Assembly (NCBI GenBank): GCA_900128585.1
Contig: LT642152.1
Coordinates: 1-64,000, forward strand
Direction of reading: 5' to 3'
DNA: 64,000 nucleotides
Source: Stramenopiles sp. TOSAG23-3
Taxonomy: Eukaryota
Made by a program: the position numbers and the translations under genes. Numbering within the stretch: position 1 is the stretch's first letter; every line of letters begins with the position of its first letter. Of the stretch, positions 1-8,435 are shown one piece after another. The notes under the pieces are model-generated. The model was not told the origin of the DNA and ran no database searches. It was given only the letters and a program-made list of their open reading frames with translations.

Positions 1-335
1 AATTAGTGTCTAATATTTTTTATAATGGATTACAATGGGAAATGATGATGGGGGGAAGGATATTGACCATTAACAACAAAACAAATAGAGATGACAAGAC
101 AACACCACACAACAACACAAGAACACAACAATACTTTATTTTTTTTGCTTCCTTTTTTGTTGTCACATTTTTTCTGCGTTGCTTATTGTTTGTTGTCGAA
201 GTTTCCAGATTCCAGTTACCGATTTAAAGTTTCACGAGATTCAGTTGCTCCAACTCAAACATTAATACATTTCCTGTTGTTGGGAATTAGAAACTGCAAA
301 AGAAAAATACCCTACGAGGACTCTTGAGTTGAGTG

Positions 336-2945
336 ATGAAGCCAAAGCTACCAATTCATTTGTTACTAGGGGCGTTTGTCCTTGTGCTCCTTTCCAACAA
401 TGTGATTGCAAATAAACCGTGTCCTGCGGGCGAATTTCGTACATCCATCTATGCGCGTTGCAATAAATGTGATCCGGGCACTTGGCGAAAATCTAGTGAA
501 GTAAAAGTAGAAAAATGCACTGACTGCCCACCAGGTAAAAGCACAGAACCTACGGGGCCGGGGGGGGGACATCCGGGGGGAGTCCCCGGAGCAACTTCAG
601 AATCGATGTGCACACCGTGCCATAATGGGTATTACTCAAAAAATGGCGGAAGGTTCGCTTGTCGACGATGTGAGTTAGGGAAGGGCAGTACCAAAGGTGC
701 CGTTTCTTGCAGCACTTGTGCGCCTGGCCGGTACCACGACTTCGGCCCAACTGGTCACACAACTGGTGACCTTCCGTGCAGTGCGTGCCCGCGTGGCAAA
801 TATGGCGACCAAGAAGGTGCAAACTTTGAGCACCAGTCTTGTAAAGTGTGCCGTGGTGGAAAAGTCAGCGATGAAGGTGCGACTTCATGCAGACGGTGCC
901 CGCATGGTAGTGTTACTAACTATAATAGCATACTACGTATAATGGAATGCAAGCTGTGTGCCGCTGGGAAGTGGCACAAAGAAGGGGAAAATCGGTGTCG
1001 GTTGTGCCCAGTTGGGACAGAAGGGGGGCCATTGGGAGCGAAATCCTCATCGCTTTGCAAGAAATGTCCTGTTGGAACATATGGCAGTAAAGTCATAAGC
1101 TGGGGAGTCCACACAAAAAATGTATGCCATCGATGTTATCATGGACAGTTTAGTTCCGTCGAAGGAGCATCGGAATGCACTAAGTGCAGGGGAAGTGCAA
1201 TAAGGGTACGGGGCGCAAACTCGTCATCAAATGCATGCCAGGCATGCCCTGAAGGGAAGTGGGCTGGTGGCGGTAATAAATTGGGCAAATGTATCCCGTG
1301 CAAGAAAGGAACTAGTTCGGAGTCGGGTGCAACATCAAGTAAGGATTGCAAACCTTGTCGTTTAGGGACATATTTCCAGTCTCAGTTCAGCACAGTATGT
1401 ACCAAATGCCCTGTGGGGAGAACAACTGACACTATCGGCGAAATCGGCTACCCTAACCCCTGCAAGGCATGCCCTGAAGGAAAGATGAGCATGAAAGCAG
1501 GTACAACATGTACCAACATATCGTCATGCCCCGCGGGATGGTACAAAAACCATGCGGGCTGTGACAAATGCCCACCTGGGAAGTGGAATAGTGAGGAAGG
1601 CGCGACTTGTAGGAACTGTCCTGTAAGTACGTACTCGTCAGGTTCTCGCGTCTCGTGTGAAAAATGCCCTAGCGGGAAGGTAAGTGGAGCAGGCACCAAA
1701 TACAAGCACCAGTGTAAATCTTGTCCCAAAGGTAAATTTGAAAACCAGGGCCAGTGCGAAAATTGCACTGCGGGTAAATACGGTCATTATCCAGGAGATT
1801 GCAGGCAGTGCAACACGGCCACGTACAGCTCCCCGGGTGCACAGACTTGCACAAAATGCCCCCGTGGAAGATGGAGTAATAAAGCAGGTTTAACATCACC
1901 CGAGAACTGTACAAAGTGTAGGGCAGGGACAGAGTCTTGGGGGACAGTTCCTACAATTTTCAAGTGCAAAGAGTGCTCCGTGGGAAGGTGGAGTGAAGCG
2001 GGTGAAATGTGTGGCTTATGCCCCTCTGGGAAAGTTTACAAAGCCAAGAGTATCTTCAAGAGTGCGGGATGCGCACAATGCCCCCCCGGGAAAAAATCAT
2101 ACAGTGGGCACCATGCAGTTTGCACAGACTGTCAGAGCGGAAGATTCAGCAAGAAAGGCTCATCGACGTGTACAGCTTGCGCTGCTGGGAAGTACCAGCC
2201 AAGTGAAAACAGTGCTATCTGTAATAATTGCCCCGCGGGAAAGTGGAGCGACAAAGTGGGGTCACCGAGTGATACTTGCACGAAGTGCATTGCAGGAAAA
2301 TGGGGCAACAAAGAAGCCGCAAGTTCTGGATCGGATTGTCAGATATGTCCTGCGGGCACTTGGAGCCGCAAAGAGGGCGCGTCATCACGCACTTGCACAA
2401 AATGTATTGCAGGAAAATGGAGCAGCAAAGAAGGCGCAACTTCGGAAATGGATTGCAAGAAATGCCCTGCGGGAACGTGGAGCGACAAAGTGGGGTCACC
2501 GAGATATACTTGCACAAAATGTCCGGCAGGGACCTTCAGTTCCATACCCGGCGCCACAAACGAAACTACCTGCGAGGCTTGCCAAGGGGGATACTGGAGT
2601 GACGCAATCGGTGCATCGTCAGAGAGAGTCTGTAGACTGTGCCCCCCAAAACGACCCAACTCCCCCCCTGCCAGCTCGTCCATCAAGGACTGTGGCAAGT
2701 CTACCACCGAGCTCATGCGGGACATGGCGAAGACTGTCGACCGGCTGGCAAAGCTCAAAGGCATCACGGACAGCGTCGTGGAGACAACTGTAAAGAACCC
2801 CACGATCAAAGCGAAAATGAAGCGGGATTCCGTCGAAATGGACGTCCAGAAGCAGTACGACAGGATGGAAAGCGCGCCCAGACCATTGCAACGTTCCCGA
2901 CCATCGCACTGGACGGTGACGATTCGGACGGAATTGCCTGCCTGA
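336..2945 (+). CDS. Secreted cysteine-rich repeat protein (TNFR/ephrin-receptor-like CxxCPxG repeats); N-terminal part of a frame-broken gene
   Basis: ATG 336, hydrophobic signal peptide (MKPKLPIHLLLGAFVLVLLSNNVIA), dozens of CxxCPxG(T/K)(Y/W/F) repeats to about 2690. Coding-like codon pattern in this frame stops near 2870. Confidence 0.9.
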   Translation: MKPKLPIHLLLGAFVLVLLSNNVIANKPCPAGEFRTSIYARCNKCDPGTWRKSSEVKVEKCTDCPPGKSTEPTGPGGGHPGGVPGATSESMCTPCHNGYYSKNGGRFACRRCELGKGSTKGAVSCSTCAPGRYHDFGPTGHTTGDLPCSACPRGKYGDQEGANFEHQSCKVCRGGKVSDEGATSCRRCPHGSVTNYNSILRIMECKLCAAGKWHKEGENRCRLCPVGTEGGPLGAKSSSLCKKCPVGTYGSKVISWGVHTKNVCHRCYHGQFSSVEGASECTKCRGSAIRVRGANSSSNACQACPEGKWAGGGNKLGKCIPCKKGTSSESGATSSKDCKPCRLGTYFQSQFSTVCTKCPVGRTTDTIGEIGYPNPCKACPEGKMSMKAGTTCTNISSCPAGWYKNHAGCDKCPPGKWNSEEGATCRNCPVSTYSSGSRVSCEKCPSGKVSGAGTKYKHQCKSCPKGKFENQGQCENCTAGKYGHYPGDCRQCNTATYSSPGAQTCTKCPRGRWSNKAGLTSPENCTKCRAGTESWGTVPTIFKCKECSVGRWSEAGEMCGLCPSGKVYKAKSIFKSAGCAQCPPGKKSYSGHHAVCTDCQSGRFSKKGSSTCTACAAGKYQPSENSAICNNCPAGKWSDKVGSPSDTCTKCIAGKWGNKEAASSGSDCQICPAGTWSRKEGASSRTCTKCIAGKWSSKEGATSEMDCKKCPAGTWSDKVGSPRYTCTKCPAGTFSSIPGATNETTCEACQGGYWSDAIGASSERVCRLCPPKRPNSPPASSSIKDCGKSTTELMRDMAKTVDRLAKLKGITDSVVETTVKNPTIKAKMKRDSVEMDVQKQYDRMESAPRPLQRSRPSHWTVTIRTELPA

Positions 2946-4819
2946 CCACGAACCGCGATATGATTGTGGACGCGTTCTGCAACTTTCGCGCGACCTTCGA
3001 CGATACCCTGCGGTCTCACGGGCTGTACAGAAAACAAAACAGTTCTGGGAAAGCCTTCTGGCCCCGAATTTGCTGTGCAAACGAAGGGGATTGCAAGGAT
3101 CACCCAGCGACGATCAAACAGACAGACATGCGACCCTTCGTGATGGCCCAAGGCGGGACACCGACGAAGGAGGCCATGCGGGGCGAAATCTTCGACCTCT
3201 TGGGACGCCACTCAAAAGGTGATTCGCGAGTCGACGGTTTAATCGTCAATGGGATGCTGAAAGCGATCGAAGGGGTACAAAGTCGCGTAGAGGAAAAGGC
3301 GGGTGCAACCCTGCGAAAAGAGATGAAGGGCGCCTTCGCATCGATGAACCTGTGCGGCCCGCGCGTGATGGCTTTGCCGGGCAAGGAAACGACGAGTTTG
3401 TGTGAGCTGTTCTACTCGTACCCTCACTTGATGAAAAGCTTTCAGGAGCAGTTCAAAGCGATGTTGCCTGCAGCAGCAGGGAAAAGGAGAAGATTGCTGG
3501 CGCACGAGCGCGGTATGTCTACAAATTCAAAAATTGGGAACCACTCCTCCTATGCTGCGGGTGTATTAAATGCAATTCTACAAAAGGTGGATAAAGTGGA
3601 GAAGGAGGACCAAGCGCTCCGTAAAGAGAATAACGAGATGCGCGAACACGAAAAGCGGATGCAGCAGCAGATGCAGCAAGGCTTCAAATCAAAAGGGGAG
3701 GAAATCAACGCACTTCGAAGACAGCTTAGCCTCGGCAGCGTACAGGGGACACTAAAGGCTCTGACGAGCCAAGTCGCGCGACTGCAACCGTCCCGGCGAT
3801 CCTCGTGCTTGAGCGACATGGCCAAGCTCAAGTTTGCCTCTCGAGAAGCCCTGAAAGAGAAGCAGGAACAGTTCTGCAAAGAGTACGGCCTCGACCTGTC
3901 GGACGCTCGCATCGTAAACGTCGCGATGGTGTACCTTGGGAACGACTGGGGCAAGGATGGCTTCCTTCGGCGGCTCCAAGACGGTGCCAAGTTCAGCATC
4001 ACGGACCAGTGCATGCACGACAAAATGTTTACGCCGAACGACGTGTCCATCCAAGAAATCGATAAAATGGACGCGCCGAAAGGAACGAAAGAATGGGTCC
4101 TTTTGATGAAGCTGGACTGGGCGAACGAGAAGGGCTACTTGGCAAGCCAGCTCCAAGACTCAAAGGACGACAACAAGTGTCGCAAGCTGGACTACCTGCC
4201 GCACACGGAGATCGGCCTTCAAGTGTACGAAGACAAGGAGAAGTGCTGCGAGGATTCAAAGGATTTCTGGGTCTGCACCGCGAAGGGATGCTCCGTGGAG
4301 CGGGTAGACCACCATTGGAGGGAGCAGCCGTTGTCTTTCAAACTGTCGGTGACTGGGTCGGTGTTCTCGTGGAAATTACACGAATTTTTGCTGGAAGGTA
4401 CCCAGTTCACCAAAGCGACAAAACCGAACAAGCTGGTCATGGGAAAGAACATGAACGGTGGCGACGCGAAGATGCCCTCTTTGCTAGAGCTCGGCTCTGA
4501 CGTGGATCCAATCCCGAAAGACGTCTTCGAGGCCTTTCGCGAGCACGCTGTGGCGACCACGCAGAGCAAGGCAGCAAAGGAGATATTGGAGGGCGTCACG
4601 TACGATGGAACGGCCTTTGCGTTTCAGTGCGGAACGAGCAAGCGGCTGTGCACGGAGTTGACCGCGCAGAGTAGGCGCGTGGAACCGTTGACGTTCGTGT
4701 ACAAGGAGTGGACCTTTGCACTCAAAGGCGACGGGCAGTTTGTGGGCTATGAGGTGGACGAGAAAGTGGGTAATCAGCGGCGCCGGCTGCTGCGGTTTCG
4801 TGGCGGCGGCGGGTCGTAG
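2870..4819 (+). CDS. C-terminal continuation (-1 frame) of the 336 gene: GKRRRLLA site, coiled coil, VY-x5-CC domain, RFRGGGGS tail
   Basis: ORF 2639-4819 has no signal peptide and only reads protein-like from about 2870 (KRAQTIATFPTIALDG). Its C-terminus resembles that of the 40451-45913 protein. Confidence 0.8.
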   Translation, partial: KRAQTIATFPTIALDGDDSDGIACLTTNRDMIVDAFCNFRATFDDTLRSHGLYRKQNSSGKAFWPRICCANEGDCKDHPATIKQTDMRPFVMAQGGTPTKEAMRGEIFDLLGRHSKGDSRVDGLIVNGMLKAIEGVQSRVEEKAGATLRKEMKGAFASMNLCGPRVMALPGKETTSLCELFYSYPHLMKSFQEQFKAMLPAAAGKRRRLLAHERGMSTNSKIGNHSSYAAGVLNAILQKVDKVEKEDQALRKENNEMREHEKRMQQQMQQGFKSKGEEINALRRQLSLGSVQGTLKALTSQVARLQPSRRSSCLSDMAKLKFASREALKEKQEQFCKEYGLDLSDARIVNVAMVYLGNDWGKDGFLRRLQDGAKFSITDQCMHDKMFTPNDVSIQEIDKMDAPKGTKEWVLLMKLDWANEKGYLASQLQDSKDDNKCRKLDYLPHTEIGLQVYEDKEKCCEDSKDFWVCTAKGCSVERVDHHWREQPLSFKLSVTGSVFSWKLHEFLLEGTQFTKATKPNKLVMGKNMNGGDAKMPSLLELGSDVDPIPKDVFEAFREHAVATTQSKAAKEILEGVTYDGTAFAFQCGTSKRLCTELTAQSRRVEPLTFVYKEWTFALKGDGQFVGYEVDEKVGNQRRRLLRFRGGGGS

Positions 4820-4937
4820 ATACGAGGTACGTAAGTTAATATTAAATATGTTTATTGAAAAAGCAAACACAGGGTATATAAATTGCTACATCCATAAAAT
4901 AGACACCTACTCCAGACGAACGAGCTGGTCAGAAAAT

Positions 4938-5348
4938 ATGTCCACACGGGGAGAGGAATTACCAAATGCATCTATAAAACTCGAGGACGGCACGCTGGCG
5001 AGAAAGGGTTGCCTGTTTTCCTTCCAAAATTACGAGGGTGACGAGGACAATAGCCTGTATCTTGCAGCAATCACAGACAAGGGTTACTTGAAGTTCCTAA
5101 CCGAGGGGGCTTTCGGCCTTGACATAAAGAGTCAGTTCCACGGCGAGACACATGCGGAACTTTACCTTCCTCTGTCCGTCGCTGCGGAGTCTCTGGTGTG
5201 CTACAGCAGAGGGGACTTGGTAAATACGACACGGATCACGGAGAAGAGGTGTCTTCCAAAAGGATACTGCTGTCCATTCCGCCTCCGCTACTGTCATTGC
5301 TATGCCTCTCGAAGGCGACAAGGGCATACTCAGGCAATTTTATCCTAA
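4938..5348 (+). other. Orphan ORF or possible decayed gene fragment
   Basis: ATG 4938 (MSTRGEELPNASIKLEDG...). GC content is coding-like compared with the spacers; no recognisable family. Confidence 0.25.
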
Positions 5349-5650
5349 CTCATAGACTAAGATAGCTCGGAAGACAAGCGCTTCTTTCCACCGACTCGCA
5401 CCGCTCACTCCTGTATCTTGCCTGTCTCTCGCCTGTCTCTCGCTTCTCTATTTCTACCGGCAGTGTATATATGGCGCAGTTTCGTCTCAATAAACTGCAG
5501 AGAAAAAAGCGATGCCACCAGCAAGGCGCACCAAGTACTATAACAAGGCCTTCTCTCGAATGCAGGCCCCCTTGGTTCTCGCCGAAGCAATTTTCCAAGC
5601 AGTAGGCTTCGACAATAGCACAGCAGGCTATGTCTTGAAGGAAGAGGCTA

Positions 5651-5909
5651 ATTAATATCACCACAGCATTGTTTTTGTAACAAAGAACGACATGATGTGG
5701 GAAATATTTAAGATGAGATGGCCTTGAAGAAAAGTCCGTCCGGCCCCCGCCTGCTCCACTTTCATCTTCCCCTTCGTTTATCACATGTTTAAGGATTTTT
5801 ATGTATTTATATAAGATACACGTAGCATTAAAGTGATTAACATATCATAGCATTGTTATCGGAACAAAAAAAGTCGAGATGTGGGGAATATTTAAGATGA
5901 GATACCTTG
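5651..5909. repeat. Imperfect ~75-bp direct repeat (5651-5726 and 5836-5909)
   Basis: Both copies contain AGCATTGTT...GATGTGGG(A/G)AATATTTAAGATGAGAT..CCTTG. Confidence 0.75.
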
Positions 5910-6084
5910 GCGTATCTTTTTTAATAGAGACTATAATAATATTTTAGTATACACACATATTTTGTCTGTCTATTTGGTATTCAATTATAACACCAAGAAT
6001 TATTAGAAATGTTAGAAAGAAAGAGGTGTTTTTTATTTCGGATTTGTAAATTTTAAGCCGTTTGGTCACTACGGCAAAAGGGCA

Positions 6085-8214
6085 ATGGCGTCATTATCAG
6101 CACGTTCTTTCGTGGAAGAGGGAACGTTCCATGTAATATGCTTTTCGAAGGACAGGCCATTTCAAGCGCGGGAATTCCTGCGGTCTGTGTATGCTTACCT
6201 GATGGAGCCCGGTGTTGGTATCAAAATCTCTATGTTGTACACGTTTTCAAACCCTCAAGTCTACGGTAATTCTTACGCTAAGCTTGTAGAGCATTACCAA
6301 GATGTGAATTTTTTGAAGGAGGAGGAAGGCCTTTTTTCGTCCCAGCTCCGGGACTTGGTGCGAACGCCAGCAAAGTTCACCGTATTCGCCGTAGACGACA
6401 TAATATTCTACAAACGCTTTTCCATGAGTTTGGTAGAACAGGCTTTTTCGTCCATTTCCGACCTATTTGTCTTTCATTTAAAATTGGACCCGAATGTTTG
6501 CTTTTGCCACCCCGCGAACGCTCCCGCGGTGCAGCCACGGTTACTTTCCCCAGCCAACAACCCGTTGGAGAGTACTTTTCTTTCGTTCGCACGGGGCGAG
6601 GGGACGGAGGATTGGAACTACCCGTGGGATTTATGTTTTAGTACCTATAGAACAACTGCCGTAGAATGTGTTCTGGACGGGATAGAGAAGGAATTTGGCG
6701 GCAAAGGCCTCTCTCATCCCAATCGACTGGAGGCATATGGAAACAAATTGCTGAAGCGAGCAAAGTCCAACGAGTGGTATGGGATGCAATGCGCATGCCC
6801 CTCTGTCCCAGTCATGTCCGTTCTGACTGTAAACCGGGTTCAAGATGTATTTGCGAATGTAACATATGGCGGACAATCTGCTCTTGATATGGAAATGGTG
6901 TTCCAAAAGGACCCTTCGCTTCAGTTAGACTTTGACCGGTACTGCAAAACCAGGTTCAATTCAGTACATATCGGGGAAGTGTTTTTCAAGCAGACGAGCG
7001 AAGAGGGCTCCAAGAAAGCGAACGTTACTGTTTCCGTGTTGATGTGCGTTTACAACGGGGAAACGTTTTTGAAAGAGGCTGTGGATAGCATTTTAAACCA
7101 AAGCTTTGAAGAGTTAGAGTTTATCATAGTAAATGATGGATCGACCGACGGCACAAGAGAGTTGCTAGAAGATTTTGCGGCAAGTGATAGTAGAATAGTA
7201 TTGCTTCACAACAGTATCAACCAGGGCGTTGCGTGCAGCTTGAACCGGGGGCTCCGGCATTGCAGCGGCCTTTACATTGTGCGTATGGATGCCGATGACG
7301 TCTCGCACTCAGAGCGTGTTTTTTACCAATTACAAGCCATGGAACAATTTTCAGAGGTGGATGTTGTTGGTACTGCGGTGGAAATTATTACGGACAAAAG
7401 CGAGGCTGAATCGCTTGGCAAAAATCGAGTCATACGGCATCCGATGACCCCAGCCCTGATTCATTGGAGTATGTTTTTTTTCTGCCCGCTAGCCCACCCT
7501 ACGCTAATGTTTCGGCGGTCGGTATTTTTTGAATCCAAGGATTACCAAGGCACGCGATCAGAGAAATTCCATGGGTATCCAGAACACGAGTCGGTAAGAT
7601 CGGTGGAGGATTATTCGTCATGGCTCGATCGAATGGAGGGGTGTGTGCACCCGAAGGAATTGAGAGCACTGAATTTAGGGCATGTTCTCCTGTCGTTACG
7701 GAAACACTCAAAGAATGTCTCGAAACCTGCGCCGAAGAATAAGGGTAAGGGAGCCACAGCTTACGACCAAGCCGTTAACACCGCTGTGACTTACATTAAG
7801 AAACGCGTTGAAAGCGTGTGGGCACCCGATTTCGAAGTGAGCCCAGCGTTGGTAAAAACATTGCGCACCCCTTCCCTCCAGGAACATGTAAAAGACTTAA
7901 TTTCGTGTGCAAAATTACTGCTGGCCTTGGAAGCGTCGTTTATGAAATACACTCTGGGGCGCTTCGGCATGAAAACAGATGATACGAGTGCAGAGAAAAC
8001 CGTTACACAAGATGTGACAGATCGAATCGGGGAGATGGCAACGTTGGGCATGGCGAGTTATGGGAGCAAGGCGATGCCGTTGTGGCAGTTGTGGATAAAG
8101 CGGCAGAAAACACCCCCGACAACTTCTTCGTTTTTGTCCGATGAATGGATCAGTGAAAACGCCTTTTTCTCCAAGCATCAAAGGACCCCATGGCAGCGAT
8201 TATGGCGTTTTTAG
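6085..8214 (+). CDS. Glycosyltransferase family 2 protein fused to an N-terminal GT-like domain
   Basis: GT2 motifs VSVLMCVYNGETFLKEAVDSILNQSF, IIVNDGSTDGT and RMDADD; N-terminal domain with FSKDRPFQ, FAVDD and WNYP. Confidence 0.9.
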   Translation: MASLSARSFVEEGTFHVICFSKDRPFQAREFLRSVYAYLMEPGVGIKISMLYTFSNPQVYGNSYAKLVEHYQDVNFLKEEEGLFSSQLRDLVRTPAKFTVFAVDDIIFYKRFSMSLVEQAFSSISDLFVFHLKLDPNVCFCHPANAPAVQPRLLSPANNPLESTFLSFARGEGTEDWNYPWDLCFSTYRTTAVECVLDGIEKEFGGKGLSHPNRLEAYGNKLLKRAKSNEWYGMQCACPSVPVMSVLTVNRVQDVFANVTYGGQSALDMEMVFQKDPSLQLDFDRYCKTRFNSVHIGEVFFKQTSEEGSKKANVTVSVLMCVYNGETFLKEAVDSILNQSFEELEFIIVNDGSTDGTRELLEDFAASDSRIVLLHNSINQGVACSLNRGLRHCSGLYIVRMDADDVSHSERVFYQLQAMEQFSEVDVVGTAVEIITDKSEAESLGKNRVIRHPMTPALIHWSMFFFCPLAHPTLMFRRSVFFESKDYQGTRSEKFHGYPEHESVRSVEDYSSWLDRMEGCVHPKELRALNLGHVLLSLRKHSKNVSKPAPKNKGKGATAYDQAVNTAVTYIKKRVESVWAPDFEVSPALVKTLRTPSLQEHVKDLISCAKLLLALEASFMKYTLGRFGMKTDDTSAEKTVTQDVTDRIGEMATLGMASYGSKAMPLWQLWIKRQKTPPTTSSFLSDEWISENAFFSKHQRTPWQRLWRF

Positions 8215-8244
8215 GATAGAGGGTTACTATTAAAAGTATTAAAT

Positions 8245-8273
8245 ATAACACAGCCAATTATTTTGTTTTTAAA
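8245..8273 (+). promoter_or_regulatory. Recurrent 3'-flank element (ACAGCCAATTATTTTGTTTTTAAA)
   Basis: About 35 nt after the GT2 stop; reverse complement of the copies at 27271, 48242, 51113 and 58538. Confidence 0.5.
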
Positions 8274-8296
8274 AAACCAAAATGCATTAAGATATA

Positions 8297-8398
8297 CCAA
8301 CGGGGGGCACTGCGCCCTGGGAGGGGGCAGCAATGACTTTATTGTTACCTCCACGTTGGCGTCCCAGGCGCCCCCTGCGGTGGGCAGGGCCCTAGGGA
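8297..8398. other. GC-rich, highly self-complementary island between convergent genes
   Basis: Pairings: 8312-8322/8362-8371, 8297-8307/8348-8359, 8302-8308/8370-8376, 8373-8378/8384-8389. Confidence 0.45.
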
Positions 8399-8435
8399 TA
8401 AAATGGTCAAATGTCCGGACTTAACTTAAAAAAAC

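Noticed and set aside
2860-2880. Canonical programmed -1 frameshift signal
   Set aside because: No X XXY YYZ heptamer or clear downstream pseudoknot; kept only as an unexplained frame break.
1993-3211. Long alternative-frame and antisense ORFs (1993-2793, 2339-3211, 2619-3080)
   Set aside because: Overlap a repetitive or GC-rich real gene and have no protein-like motifs.
8297-8400. HDV-like ribozyme, SECIS or Helitron 3' end
   Set aside because: No canonical P3/L3 and J4/2 could be fitted; no SECIS quartet or in-frame UGA gene; CTAG is too close to the hairpin and is not followed by T.
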